The notes under the pieces were generated by a model. It saw only the letters and a program-made list of their open reading frames with translations. It searched no databases and was not told where the DNA came from. A stretch of DNA of 64,000 nt from Tubiluchus corallicola (lineage: Eukaryota > Animalia > Priapulida): positions 119,510 through 183,509 of the forward strand of contig JAQGDQ010000280.1 of the NCBI GenBank assembly GCA_030141605.1, in the 5' to 3' direction. Shown here in pieces: positions 1 to 12,940 of this stretch (the first letter of the stretch is position 1; each line of letters begins with the position of its first letter). A program made the translations under genes and the position numbers.

Positions 1-267
1 ATTTTGAATTACTAAGATTTTTCTTTTCCTGTTTCTTCGAACTGGTTAGCAAAAGTAATATAACTTTAAAAGGAAAGTTTTGGGACATACCTTAAAATTC
101 CCCTTTTCCCCTTTAAGTAGACCTTTGGACTGAGAGCTAGATTTTAAAGGTTGTTATATATTAACATTTGCAAGGTTGGCAGAGAATTCAGCGTGATTTA
201 AGCATAAAATTTTGCGTTCCCCGTACTGTAATGATCAACTATTTTACGCTGTATCATGTTTTTTCAG

Positions 268-376
268 TTAGATAGGCCTGGTCGCTTGCCTGACACATCA
301 TTACCTGCTGTTGAAAATGGATCTTTAGTGACAGACTTTGAATGGGATCCGTTTGATAATCACCGGTTTGCTGTAG
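268..376 (+). CDS. CORO7: Coronin-7 internal exon (gene starts upstream of window)
   Basis: ttttcag|...|gtatgt; translates LDRPGRLPDTSLPAVENGSLVTDFEWDPFDNHRFAV, resembling the second beta-propeller of coronin-7. Confidence 0.9.
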
Positions 377-1310
377 GTATGTACATATGTTTCAACTTAC
401 AGCTGGGGAGAAATTTTAACTTGGTAATAATAGTATGATTTTAGCATCTTTAGCTTTATCAGTGTAAGTTAAACAAACTGGGCATTTGTGCCATGTTGGC
501 ATTTATTTTACTTTTATTAGGCCAGCCATAAGATATCAGTAGGGAGGTTAAATTTTTTTTAAAGCTTTGTGAATGTTTAAAACTGAATCATATAATATTT
601 AAAATCAATTGAAATCAAAGTTTGTTTATTTCTACAGGTTTGCAGTAATGTTTTAAATTTTTTCACGCTTTGTTTTTAGTTTCGCATTACTAGATCGTAT
701 AATTATCGATTATTGTATAGCCCAATTTTTTGTATCATGAACGTGTATGTTCAGATAATTATGGTATAAGCGGCAACACTATACACCGATTTGGCGGAAA
801 ATTCGATACTTTTTAGCTTCCAATACAATGAGCATCATACGAAACGGCAACCCTGGCTGAGAGATGGCTGTGGAAAAATGTGGCCGTGTCTTACATTCCT
901 CGAAAGAACAATGTTATAACAGTTATTGGGTTTTAAATTAAAAAATACGCTTTGTGTCAAGTAAATATATGAACATGCAAAAATTGTAAAATTCCCATTC
1001 AGATGTGCAAAAAAAATTACCCGGGCAATTAGCGGAAACAGAAGACTTTTCATTATCTACGTCTTTGGTGGGTGTTCAAAATTGAGGCATGATTGCGACT
1101 TTAAATTGTTTTACTAGCTACACGATTTGCTTATCACACTTTTATTGTTATATTCTTTTAACATTTTCTACGAACACAGAAATAAGCTTAACTTTGCGGA
1201 AGATTTTTAACTTTTCCTTTGAGATTGTCTTTTTTCCTATATTTACATCTTTTTTTCATTCTTAATGAAGTATAAATAAAAACGCATTCGTATATTTATG
1301 TTTTTTTAAG

Positions 1311-1397
1311 CATGCGATGATGCAAAAATCAGAATTTGGTCTCTTCCTGAAGAAGAACTGACCGACACTCTCACAGTGCCAAGCATTTACTTAAAAG
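1311..1397 (+). CDS. CORO7: Coronin-7 exon (WD40)
   Basis: ttttaag|...|gtttgt; ACDDAKIRIWSLPEEELTDTLTVPSIYLK; phases 1/1 fit neighbours. Confidence 0.9.
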
Positions 1398-2072
1398 GTT
1401 TGTAAGCATATTAGATTATACTTACAGTGTTACAGAAAAATTGCTATACAGGAAATTAGAAATTCAACGTCTGTGTAAATAAATTTTCGTGACTTTTGTT
1501 CATTGTATGATAAAGTCAATCCAAAATAACGTTCTACAGTTTTATGTTCATGTTTTAGATAATTCTTCTTATTTAAAGGAGAAGTCAACTTTTTTGTTTG
1601 GCCTCTGAGTGTTGAAAACATCTTTCCGATTGGACAGTTATTTTACATTACCGTATTTTCCCATGTATAAGAGACCCCTTCAATTTTTAGGCAAAAATTC
1701 TGTAAACTCATTACTATGCTTCTTTAGACATGTTATTGATAAGCAGATATTACTAAAACTTAATGTAATTTACATGAAATATGTAATTCAGTTTTGAGTC
1801 TGCCATCCAAGCTCATTATTTCTGTCTTTTTTAATTTAATTAAATTTAATTAGCTTAAATTTAAAAAAATGCTTTTCGAAAAAAACAACTTTGTTTATTC
1901 CTTCCTTCTGTTGTTACTTTGTAAAAAATCTTTTTCGTTATAATAATTTGAGAACAGCTTATTGTTTTTTATGTTTTGTGGTTGTTAAGTGAACTTTAAC
2001 GCTAGTCCGTATTTTTCCCTAAAATCGTTCAAAACCATAATTTGTCTCCTGAAAGTTTCGTAATTTCTGTAG

Positions 2073-2215
2073 GCCACACGGAGAAGATATACTTGCTGCA
2101 TTGGCATCCAACGGCCACCGATATTCTAGTGTCTGCTTCGTATGATATGACTGTCAGAATATGGAATGTAGCAGAACAAACAGAAGAAATATCATTGGAC
2201 GGACACACAGACCAG
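2073..2215 (+). CDS. CORO7: Coronin-7 exon (WD40)
   Basis: ctgtag|...|gtataa; GHTEKIYLLHWHPTATDILVSASYDMTVRIWNVAEQTEEISLDGHTDQ, canonical GH..WD repeat. Confidence 0.93.
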
Positions 2216-2606
2216 GTATAATTTAGTTGTATACTCGTATCTCAATTTGCCAGACAAAAGCGGGGATATGTCAGTCCGAGTTAGCTGATTGTCCATATTT
2301 ACCGATACTAAGCTAATACAGTAGGCACCGTGTATTAGACTCATGGTAATGTAGAATCAACCATCTAATTGTCTCAAAAACGTCTCTAGGCCACTTCTAT
2401 GCAAAAGTATGTTAAAACTGTCAGCAGTCAAACAAAATGTCAATCATTCTCAGTCAAGCTCTGCTGACTGTCCAATCATATAACTCCGCATCATTGACTC
2501 TATGTTTCTATATATATTGAGATATTCATGTGGTTACACTGATGCACTGCACTCTATAAATAACAATCTATAACTACATAACAGAGATTATTATTCCCCC
2601 AGTTTT

Positions 2607-2735
2607 ATGCTAAATACTACGCACCAGGCAGGGCAGCAGCAGCTACCATTTTTAAAGTCTTTGGTATGACCCGGCCGCTGTATCGAACTCACAACCTCCT
2701 AGATGGAAAGCGGGCGCGTTACCACTAGACTAAAC
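2607..2735 (-). mobile_element. Truncated tRNA-derived SINE with Meta-like domain (MetaSINE)
   Basis: Reverse complement: tagtctagtggtaacgcg...gagttcgata (A/B boxes), then ccgggtcataccaaagactttaaaaatggtagctgctgctgccctgcctggtgc. Confidence 0.65.
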
Positions 2736-2880
2736 CATTTGGACTTATTGCATTTTACTGTTGCTGATACTTCTTTGTTTTCGTCTTTGTCTTGAACTAT
2801 TTTAGGTTATTTCTTACGAACTTATTTTTTTGACATTAGATTTTAATGTATCCCGGTTCTTTAGTTTTGCTTGCTTGTAG

Positions 2881-2985
2881 GTTTTCAGCTTATCATGGAG
2901 TCCTGATGGAAGATATTTAGCAACATTATGCAAAGATCAGATGTTGAGAGTTTACAATCCTCGTTCTTCTGTAGCACCTGTGCAG
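2881..2985 (+). CDS. CORO7: Coronin-7 exon (WD40)
   Basis: cttgtag|...|gtattt; VFSLSWSPDGRYLATLCKDQMLRVYNPRSSVAPVQ. Confidence 0.93.
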
Positions 2986-3128
2986 GTATTTTCATCGTTT
3001 CCTTTGTTGGAGCTGATTAAAAAATTGCAAATTACGCTGTGCATTAAAAGACTTTAGTCAGTTTAATGAATTTATCAAGTTTTAGTGTTTAACAATCATG
3101 GATTCTCAGTTAAACATTCTCATGTTAA

Positions 3129-3495
3129 CAAGCCTTTTCACAGTTCCAGCGATTGATGATGATCGTGAAAAGGTCAAAGGTTAAGTGTATTATACAATGC
3201 ATTTGTGTACACTTGACCATGCCTCGCTGCCCATGCTTTTGTAATAGTAACAGTTTTAATATGTTTTAACAACTATCTAGAACCTTGCTTAGTTGGTTTT
3301 TTTTGTTCCCAAGCAAGATCCGGCTAGTAAAGCAGTCTCTGCACACACTAATACATAATTAAGTAAAGTCCACTTGAAACAACTGAAGTTACTGAGCTGA
3401 TTCAGCGGTTGTAGGTAAGACACGTTGCTGTGGTTCACTTAACCTTTGACCTACAGCAACTGCGCATGCGTACAACGAAACCGTGAAAAGGCTTA
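3129..3495 (+). mobile_element. MITE family D
   Basis: TIR AAGCCTTTTCACAG / CCGTGAAAAGGCTT; internal inverted aggtcaaaggttaagtg / cacttaacctttgacct. Confidence 0.8.
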
Positions 3496-3822
3496 TTGTA
3501 ATCATTGCTTCCTGTAAAATTACTTGGGCTAAGAATACAGTCCAGGAAGGTTCAATTACCATCACATACAGATATGCTGTGAAGTGATTTAGGAAATTAA
3601 TCACTTAATGTGTTGTTATCAGCCAGGCAGATCCAGTTCAATTCAATTCAAACATGCATTTGTTTTCTTAATATATACAGATGTACGGTGCAGGGATTTA
3701 AAAAAATATCTCTCAATTAAAACTGTGGATGATTGGTCTTGCAGAGTCAATTCAACTCAATTCAAACATGCATTTATTTCCTAAATATACACAATATCAA
3801 TGAGAGAAGGAACGGTAACTAA

Positions 3823-4302
3823 ATCAAAACCTGACCCAATCTTATAGTGTAGGTCAAAACATTCTACTCTTTAAAATAATGAAAGGAAATATACTATTTT
3901 TTCAAAAATAACTTATGTGAAAGAATTATTATCACACAAACACAATTTCACGTTCGCGCCACTAGTTCTTCCCTGCTACATGCATTTCGCGATTTGCTAG
4001 TTAGATGGGCACTAGCGCCTGTATTTCGGAAATGCGCTGCACAAAAAACAGGTGTTGTACCACTCGGTTCAGATGTGTTCCATTTGTGACGAACTTCACA
4101 TGTTCTTCCAGCTCATGCGTGAGCACAGTGGTGAATTTGAAAGTTCAATTTTTATCTTGAAACTTACCTAGTTTTAGTACAACACACTGAATATCTTACA
4201 TTAGTACTGTACTTCAATTTTAGCTTTCGCAAATACGTGCAACACGCTCGTGGAATATTTTTGCTTTTGAAAATTATGATAGCTTGTGATGTCATCAGTA
4301 GT
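3823..4302 (+). mobile_element. MITE family B, partial
   Basis: Homologous to 11680-12150 and 45569-46207. Confidence 0.75.
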
Positions 4303-4378
4303 TCTGACACAGCAGTGATGACTGTAATAATGATGATTTCTCATTATTACCTGCTACGATAGTTTTCATGTTTTACAG

Positions 4379-4464
4379 GAAGGCACCGGTCCAGAGGGCG
4401 CTCGAGGGGGTAGAGTGATCTGGGTTCTGGATGGATATTATCTACTTGTGTCAGGATTTAGCAA
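4379..4464 (+). CDS. CORO7: Coronin-7 exon
   Basis: tttacag|...|gtaatc; EGTGPEGARGGRVIWVLDGYYLLVSGFS(K). Confidence 0.92.
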
Positions 4465-4554
4465 GTAATCCATTCATTTTCTCTTATACATAAATATATA
4501 TTCTACATAATTATAAACTATTTATTATGATAATAAAACTATTAGACCTATCTT

Positions 4555-4750
4555 TATTATCATCGTTGTTGTCATCTTTGGTTTCACTATCATCATCATC
4601 ATCATCATCGTCATCACCATCACCATCATCATCGCCACCACCACCATCATCTTCATCATCATCACCACCACCATCATCATCATCACCATCACCATCGTCA
4701 TCACCACTACCACCACCACCATCATCACTATCATCATCATCGTCATCATC

Positions 4751-4784
<34 letters not shown>

Positions 4785-4870
4785 TCACCACCACCACCAC
4801 CATCATGCCCATCATCATCATAGTCATCATCGCCACCACCGCCACCATCATCATCATCATCACCATTATC
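4555..4870. repeat. (CAT/CAC)n microsatellite
   Basis: Direct observation. Confidence 0.95.
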
Positions 4871-5024
4871 AGGCACAAATACAGAAATCGTGGAGTACAT
4901 AATATACTGTGTGACATAAAATATCTAGCTTTTTTCTTTACAATCTTTATTACATTAAATTGTCTGTTAATCTCTTGTCTGGTTTATCAGTTTGTTAGTA
5001 AATAACTCACCTGATGTTTTACAG

Positions 5025-5163
5025 AGGTAGTGAGAGGCAGATTAGCTTGTATTCCACTGAGGACATAACGTCTCCTCTTACTACCATTGGTCTTGATACT
5101 AGTCCTTCCATTCTTTCTCCTGTCTTTGATGAGGATAGTGCTACCGTGTTCTTGACTGGCAAG
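5025..5163 (+). CDS. CORO7: Coronin-7 exon
   Basis: tttacag|...|gtgatt; GSERQISLYSTEDITSPLTTIGLDTSPSILSPVFDEDSATVFLTGK, coronin signature. Confidence 0.92.
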
Positions 5164-5189
5164 GTGATTTTATCTGTTTACGTGCTTAT

Positions 5190-5630
5190 CTGTCGTTGTT
5201 GTTGTTGTTGTGGTTGTTCTGGTTGTTGTCGTTGTGGTTGTTGTCGTTGTTGTGATTGTGGTTCCGGTTGCTGTTGTTATTGTGGTTGTGGTTCTTGTTG
5301 TTGTTCCTGTTTTTTTTGTGGTTATGGTGATAGTTGTGGTTGTTGCTGAGGTTGTGTTTGTTGTGGTTGTGGTTGTTGTGGTTATGGTTGTTGTTGTTGT
5401 TGTTGTTGTGGTTCTGGTTGTTGTTGTTGTTGTTGTGGTTCTGGTGGTTGTTGTTGTTTTTGTTGTCTGTGTTGTTTGTTGTTGTTGTTGTGTCTGTTGT
5501 TGTTGTTGTTGTTTTTGAGGTTCTTGTGGTTATGGTGGTTGTTGTTGAAGTTGTTGGGCTTGTTGTGGTTGTAGTTGTTGTGGTTATGGTGGTTGTTGTT
5601 GTTGTTATGGTTGTGGTTGTGGTTGTTGTT
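5190..5630. repeat. (GTT/GGT)n microsatellite
   Basis: Direct observation. Confidence 0.95.
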
Positions 5631-5833
5631 TGCAATTTCCAATATTAGAGCTCAAAGTGTTCTCTTAATTTTGTGTGATTTAGAATGTAAACTTTTTAGA
5701 ATGTAGACTATAATTTTAAGAGGATCTAATCATTACTGTTATTCCTTCCTTAGTTGTCATTTATTTTACTTTACATAATTTGTATCTGCTTCATGATGTT
5801 AATGATCCTCTATTTACTTTCGTCTGTGTTTAG

Positions 5834-6040
5834 GGTGACACTACAGTATTTGCATTCGAAGTTGCAGACCAATCGCCTTACTTTTACCAGCTTGCTAGTT
5901 ACCATAGCAACGAACCGCACCACGGTTTTGCTTTTCTTCCAAAAACAGTTTGCCAAGTTATGGATGTAGAATTTGCTCGTGGCTTGAAGTTGACGGACCA
6001 TACAGTTGAACCCGTGTCATTTTGTGTGCCTAGAATCCAG
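5834..6040 (+). CDS. CORO7: Coronin-7 exon
   Basis: gtttag|...|gtaagg; GDTTVFAFEV...FLPKTVCQVMDVEFARGLKLTDHTVEPVSFCVPRIQ, coronin C-terminal propeller extension. Confidence 0.93.
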
Positions 6041-6855
6041 GTAAGGCCACACAGTTGAACCCGTGTCATTTCGTGCACCTAGAATCCAGGTAAGGCCTAC
6101 AATATTGACTGTGTTTGCTTTCCTTTAAAGGACAAGTCACTTGGCATGTTGGGTTGATTTTACTTGTATTATTTAAATTTAGAAAACTCTGACAAATAAA
6201 TTTCCAAAAAAACTGTCTATAAAGTTATATTTTACCAGTGGCGGTTCGTGTATAGGTACTATGCTATTGCAGCACCCCCTGTTTTCACTCAATATTATCG
6301 ATAATATTCAATATAATAAGTCTTTTTTTCTTTAGTTCTTTTTTTATACTTCTGCGGGACCAGAGCTCTTGAATGTAGTACTGTTTGGTAGTACAAATTG
6401 GTACTTTTATGCGTAGACTGATATACAAATGGAAAATGCTTGACTTAATATAGATTCAGTTCCAACGGTGTCTGATTTCTAAGCACACGTGTGCAAAGTT
6501 TCATCGTATGTCGCAGATGCGAGCGTTTAGTTTACATTTTATTATTAATTTTGGTTTGTAGTTTTAAACTTTAATTTTTCATTATCACTAACTCAGTGCT
6601 GACATCTGTTTGTACACTTTGAAGTTTCCAATATATCTATGTACTTGCTACTGCTATATGTTTTTTTATGGAACTGGGTTACTTGGCTTCTCTATGAATG
6701 TAGTAGTTTTTCACACTAGGTAGCAAGATTAGAAGGCAAGCAATAGACTTAAACAGTTGTGACAATGTTTTGACTCAGTTGCCATGATATATTGGCTGAT
6801 GGATTTACTTTGACTTTCGATACTACTGTTGATTATGTTTACCATTTTTGTGTAT

Positions 6856-7496
6856 ATGTGGATTGACTATGAGACTATGATTTTGAGTAAAATACAGATT
6901 GCAAAGCTAAACCAATGTGGATTGACTATGAGACTATGATTTTGAGTAAAATACAGATCGCAAAGTTAAACCAATGTGGATTGACTATGAGACTATGATT
7001 TTGAGTAAAATACAGATTGCAAAGTTAAACCAATGTGGATTGACTATGAGACTATGATTTTGAGTAAAATACAGATTGCAAAGTTAAACCAATGTGGATT
7101 GACTATGAGACTATGATTTTGAGTAAAATACAGATCGCAAAGTTAAACCAATGTGGATTGACTATGAGACTATGATTTTGAGTAAAATACAGATTGCAAA
7201 GTTAAACCAATGTGGATTGACTATGAGACTATGATTTTGAGTAAAATACAGATCACAAAGTTAAACCAATGTGGATTGACTATGAGACTATGATTTTGAG
7301 TAAGATACAGATTGCAAAGTTAAACCAATGTGGATTGACTATGAGACTATGATTTTGAGTAAAATACAGATTGCAAAGTTAAACCAATGTGGATTGACCA
7401 TGAGACTATGATTTTGAGTAAAATACAGATTGCAAAGTTAAACCAATGTGGATTGACTATGAGACTATGATTTTGAGTAAGATACAGATTGCAAAG
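6856..7496. repeat. 59-bp minisatellite, about 11 copies
   Basis: Unit atgtggattgactatgagactatgattttgagtaaaatacagattgcaaagttaaacca. Confidence 0.95.
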
Positions 7497-7790
7497 GTAT
7501 ACCATGTTTTCATTCATTGATTTCATCTGCTTAACACGATCATCACAACTTCAAAAACAGTCTGACAAACGTGCCAATGTCGGTTGCTGACTCCTCCCCA
7601 AAACACCCCAGCGACAACTTTAGCATCACAACATCATGTAATATTTGTACCATTAGGAAATGAAGTAGAATAAATACTGCCGTACATCTGATCTTCATGA
7701 AAAAATATCATTCACTTGTATCTTTGGAGCTTCCTCTTTCTTATTCCTTTATTAGAAACTAGCAAATTGCATTGATTGTATTCCGTACAG

Positions 7791-8272
7791 CCCTCTTTCC
7801 CAACCTTGGGGGCCTAGCTCCCCTTGGGGGTATCAGAGAACATGAGGTACCTGAAAAGCCACTGACCAGCGGGTGATTATGATATCTCTGTCGACTGTTC
7901 CAACAATTCACTGTTTCTGGTCGAGCTCTTGACCCCTGTCCACTGTAAAGCTTTCAGTGAACTTCTTCCTGCATGAAGCAGGCTTTTCAAAGATGGTGAC
8001 AATCAAGACAAAAGCCCTAAACCGCCTTGACATCCGCAGAGACATGAGAGTCAGTCTGTCGAAAACTGAACCCCGATTCAGAAAGTTAGTTTCTGTTATG
8101 CAACAGCAGCCATCTCATTGAACTTTCATTTAATGCGCTTGATTGGAGCAAAAATGTTCATGACATTACATCAATGTTGGTTCTGCATTTTGCTTATGGT
8201 GGGTGAAGGGGTACCAGGGAATAGTGAAAAAAATTAGAGGTACATGGAAGCGCGAAAGGTTGTGAACCGGGG
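7791..8272 (+). mobile_element. Internally deleted hAT (Buster/Charlie) transposon
   Basis: 7963-8121 encodes EAGFSKMVTIKTKALNRLDIRRDMRVSLSKTEPRFRKLVSVMQQQPSH*, a Buster-type C-terminus. Degenerate TIRs (..CCCAACCT / AGGTTGTG..); flanks ccgTAcag / cccTAtag. Confidence 0.8.
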
Positions 8273-8352
8273 CCCTATAGTGATTTTGTTGAATGGTTGA
8301 TAATATAGTATATTGTTATGTTGGTTTACATAGTATACATTTTTATTTTTAG

Positions 8353-8491
8353 AAAGAGTACTTCCATGATGACCTGTTTCCCGACACGAAAGTGACCTGG
8401 AAGCCACTAATGTCAGGGTCTGAATGGCTTCACGGTGGAACGAAAACAAAACAGCAGAGGCTTAGTTTGAAGCCAGACAACGTGAGATCGT
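8353..8491 (+). CDS. CORO7: Coronin-7 exon
   Basis: tttttag|...|gtaagt; KEYFHDDLFPDTKVTWKPLMSGSEWLHGGTKTKQQRLSLKPDNVRS. Confidence 0.92.
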
Positions 8492-9002
8492 GTAAGTGCT
8501 TATTATTCTTAAACAATTGAGATTTTCTTGAACAATAAGTTCGCCTGTTGCTTCTTTGTAATTTACGATCTACAAGACTTTTCAGATTTTTCCTAGAGCA
8601 AAAATTATGTTACGAAATTTTTTCTTGCCTCAATATCCATTTATCTAAACCATAAAATTTGTGCTGGAAATGTTTGCGAATTTTTTGAGGGACACCAGAC
8701 ACAAAACTTGACAAGCACAGACATTACATATGTGTTTAAGTCACTAGTGGCTTCTTGTAACACTAAGTCAGCTATGCCAGCTATGCCAGCCTTGTTTTAT
8801 GGTAGGTAGCGAGTTGATGAAACTGGCAATTAGGTTTTTACAACTTGGGCTGCTAGGTTAGTAAATAGTATTACCTGTCCACTAATGTAATGCAGGCACT
8901 AATAATAATGTAACTTTGAACCTCCATTCGCAAAAGTTTACCTCGTACATTTTTCCGTTTTACAATATAATGACTGAAATTGGATTGAGTTTTGTTTATC
9001 AA

Positions 9003-9575
9003 ACACGATTACTGCCACTTGGTGTCACACGATTACTGCCACTTGGGGTCACACGATTACTGCCACTTGGTGTCACACGATTACTGCTACTTGGTGTCAC
9101 ACGATTACTGCCACTTGGTGTCACACGATTACTGCCACTTAGTGTCACACGATTACTGCTACTTGATGTCACACGATTACTGCTACTTGATGTCACACGA
9201 TTACTGCTACTTGATATCACACGATTACTGCCACTTGGTGTCACACGATTACTGCTACTTGATGTCACACGATTACTGCTACTTGATGTCACACGATTTC
9301 TGCCACTTGGTGTCACACGATTACTGCCACTTGGTGTCACACGATTACTGCTACTTGATGTCACATGATTACTGCTACTTGGTGTCACACGATTACTGCT
9401 ACTTGGTGTCACACGATTACTGCTACTTGGTGTCACACGATTACTGCTACTTGGTGTCGCACGATTACTGCTACTTGGTGTCGCACGATTACTGCTACTT
9501 GGTGTCACACGATTACTGCTACTTGGAGTCACACGATTACTGCTACTTGGAGTCACACAATTTCTGCCACTTGTT
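9003..9575. repeat. 24-bp minisatellite, about 24 copies
   Basis: Unit acacgattactgc(c/t)acttg(g/a)tgtc. Confidence 0.95.
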
Positions 9576-10022
9576 GTTACTTGATTTGTGCAACTTTATG
9601 AGGAAGAAAAACTTTTGTTTATGGCGTTACTAGCATCAAGCAAAAGATCAAGCAAGCAGGCTCCCAGCCTTTAGCAGAACAACCTGCTTATTGTATTAAT
9701 TGTGGTAAGACTACTACCTAGCAAATTATGAAGAATAATACTCTAAAGATTATAAAGAATAAATCCACAGAGGTGTCCAGATGTGTGAATGTCCTCTGTT
9801 TATGAAGGGCAGTACGGCGGCTAAACATTCTGCATTTCTCCGGGTGGTCACTTGTTTATACTTTAACCAAGCCAGATATTGCCTAACTTCATTCACAGAG
9901 CAGCACACTCATCTATTCTATTGGTTATTCAGAGAATTCAGTAAATGAAACACGTAAGTTGTTTAGATTTTAATGTGAAATGTTCAGTTTAAACAACGTA
10001 AATATGGTCTGGTGTTTTTTAG

Positions 10023-10210
10023 GGTCTGAAGCAGAGAAGCCCAGTAAACCTACCAAACCAAAGTATGACAGCAGTGCTATACTGGAGAAGGTCAAAACTG
10101 AAAAGGAAAAAGAAACCGAGCTAATCCAGGCTATGCACGGCAAGCTCCAGTTCAAGGGTGATGTAGAGCAAGAAGCGGAGGGCGTGGATTCAGATGAGTG
10201 GAGCGACTAA
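10023..10210 (+). CDS. CORO7: Coronin-7 last coding exon (central-acidic tail)
   Basis: ttttttag| phase 1; WSEAEKPSKPTKPKYDSSAILEKVKTEKEKETELIQAMHGKLQFKGDVEQEAEGVDSDEWSD*. The EGVDxDEW ending is typical of coronin-7. The 9 exons sum to 1203 nt, in frame. Confidence 0.92.
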
Positions 10211-10320
10211 TTACTCTTTTGTATAAAATCTACCATTATTATTATTATATTTACGGCCACAATCTGCTTTGGTGGATTGGTCGCAAGACAAAGTGGACAC
10301 AAGTGGAATCCGTATATTAA

Positions 10321-10809
10321 AGGAAGACCGGACGATTATTTAGGCTCAATCTCATTTTAATTTACTGTCCAAAATATACATTTTCTTGCTTATAAAAGTA
10401 AACAATTGTTCCTTATATTTCAATAATTAGCTTAGAAAGTTAATTAATGACAACCGAACACAGCTATTGCTTACGTCAGGTTATACAATGGCAGGCATCT
10501 TCCCTTGCGTGTCAAGTGTTACGGGCTCTACATCATATGACGTCAGAAACTAACACTGCAGTTCGTGATCATGGTTATCACGATACCCCCTTCTATTTGT
10601 CGGCCACGCGCACGTGAGAAAAAGGCGCCGCTGCCAATCTTAGTAGATTCACTGAGCCGCGCGTAGCTTTGAAAGTTTAACAAAATTTGAGCATCCGAGG
10701 TTATTATTATTTAATCTAAGCTTTGATTTAAAATAAGCTATTGTAGTTTTCAATATTTTAGAGCATAATTTATTCTGAGCTAATGTTTACACAATCGTCC
10801 GGTTTTCCT
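10321..10809 (+). mobile_element. Kolobok-type MITE family A (in CORO7 3' region)
   Basis: TTAA|AGGAAGACCGGACGATT...AATCGTCCGGTTTTCCT|TTAA. Confidence 0.85.
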
Positions 10810-11679
10810 TTAAAGCTGTGCACACATGCACAATGTTGTGTGTGTACACGCAATAAGCATGAGAGCACGCACGATGAATTTATCGAAACAGATAGCGATC
10901 TAAAATTAATTTGTCTAAATATGAAAAAAGCAAATATGAGTTTCATTTTGTTTTGTATAATTTATTAAGTTGCTCTCATGTCGTAAAGTCTAACAGTCAT
11001 AAGTCGGCAATTACCAGTATATTCCAATTCTTGTGTTTACTAATACAGAAGATGCAATTGTTTGTTAAGGGATGTAGTAAGCAACTACTTCAGTAATCTT
11101 CGAGATCTTTTACTGTACAAAGTTGACCATTATTAATAAGGTAATCTTGTACGTTTTTTACTCTATTCGTTAACTATCGTTTTTCCTGTGATAAACGAAT
11201 CTATTTCTACATGTTGAATTTTTGTGAAATTATTCATTATATGTGTTATACTTAATTTCGATATCTACTTTCAATTATATCTCTGCATTTCCATAAATAA
11301 TATAGTTTTATTTGCAAAATATCGGCTTTTTGATAAACTTTTTTACAAGCCACAATCTTATAAAATTTACAATTATTAGATCATTCGATATCTTTATAGA
11401 AACTCCAATAAAAATTTTATATCAATTATATTTGTAATCTGACATCTGATGCATTTTTATCTTCATCTGTTTAGGTTTTTTTGTGCATTTTGCAAATTTG
11501 GTGCAGCATTTACAAGAAATTTGCTATCCTATGGTAACTTTGTATCGTTAATGCTGCCTATATTTACCATGTTTTTGTTAACAAAAAAACGTCACTATGG
11601 CATTGAAAAAAATATATTGAAAAGCATTCAAGTCTACGTTACTTTTTCTGCCAGGTGAAATTATATTTGGGCACTTTAA

Positions 11680-12288
11680 CATGAAAACTGGACCCAATCT
11701 TAAACTGTAGGTCAAAACAATCTACCCTATAAGGTGTTGAATGGAAACATAGTATTTTTTCAAAAATGACTTACGTGAAAGAATTTTTACCACACAAACA
11801 CAATTTCACGTTCGTGCCAGTAGTTGTTCAATGTTACATGCATTTCGCCATTCGTTGGTTAGACGGGCACTAGTGCCTGCATTTCAGAAACACATTGCAC
11901 ACAAAAACAGGTGTTGTACCTCTTATTTCAAATGTGTTCGTTTGTCACGAACGAACTGCATACGTTCGATGGCTTGAGCGTTAGCACAGCAGTAAATTTG
12001 AATTTTTATCTTAAGAGTTTCAGTAGAACACACTGAATATCTCACAGTAGCACTGTACTTCAATTCTCTCTTTCGCAAACATGTTCAACACGCTCGAGGA
12101 ATATTTTTGCTATTAAAAATTTGTAAGTTTGTGATGCCATCAATAGTTGGACTCGCCCGCCGTTAATTAAGTTTTTAATCTATTGTTTAATGATCCTAAA
12201 CACTTTGAAATTATTATTGGTGTTAAAATGTATACTTTTCACCGTGCTTCAGAATGGGGTAGGATATGAAAAATCATCCTGTCTTCCT
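11680..12288 (+). mobile_element. Kolobok-type MITE family B
   Basis: TTAA at left; ends ATCCTGTCTTCCT; homologous to the 45569 copy. Confidence 0.75.
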
Positions 12289-12940
12289 TCAAATGCTTTT
12301 AGCTTCATTTTATTTTCTCATTCGCTTCATTTTCCCAATTCGAATAAATAACTAAATTAATACAAGTGCTCATTTACCGAATAGAAATATTTGTATTTTT
12401 ACAAATTCAGAAAGCAGTATAATACAGTGTACATACAATTAATAATTACACAACATACCATATAGTATTTATATAGCTAACATAAATACTTTTATGTACA
12501 AAAGCTCTAGTATTATTATTAAGTCGTATAAACGTATAGAGTGGTGTAAGTATGTAAGTACCTGGCAAATTTACTAAAATATCGCAAATGCTTTGAATCT
12601 GATCATATAAAATTCCTAAAAAGACAAATATCAAGTTTACAGTTAAGAATCGTGGATAATTTTAAACAATGGACTATGGCATTATTTTCTTTGGAAGACA
12701 ATCATATATCAAACACAGACAATGGACACGGTTAAAAAATTGTTTGTTTTTTGTCCTTACTGTTTATCAGCTCATTCTAAAATATTTATAGTTCAACACT
12801 ATGAACTATCAAAATAAACTTACTTTCTTAAACATTGACAATACAGGCAAAAGACTTAAGTTAATTTAATAAACAAACTCAGACTGCGTATTTACATCTA
12901 TCTATCTAGACCTTTTTTTACAAGTTTTAATCTGATATTA

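Noticed and set aside
4511-5648. Poly-D/S/T/V/N ORFs
   Set aside because: Translations of trinucleotide microsatellites inside CORO7 introns
8916-9633. Long repetitive ORFs (SHDYCYLV / VTRLLPLG) open in several frames
   Set aside because: A 24-bp unit is a multiple of 3 and stop-free in these frames; intronic, with no splice support
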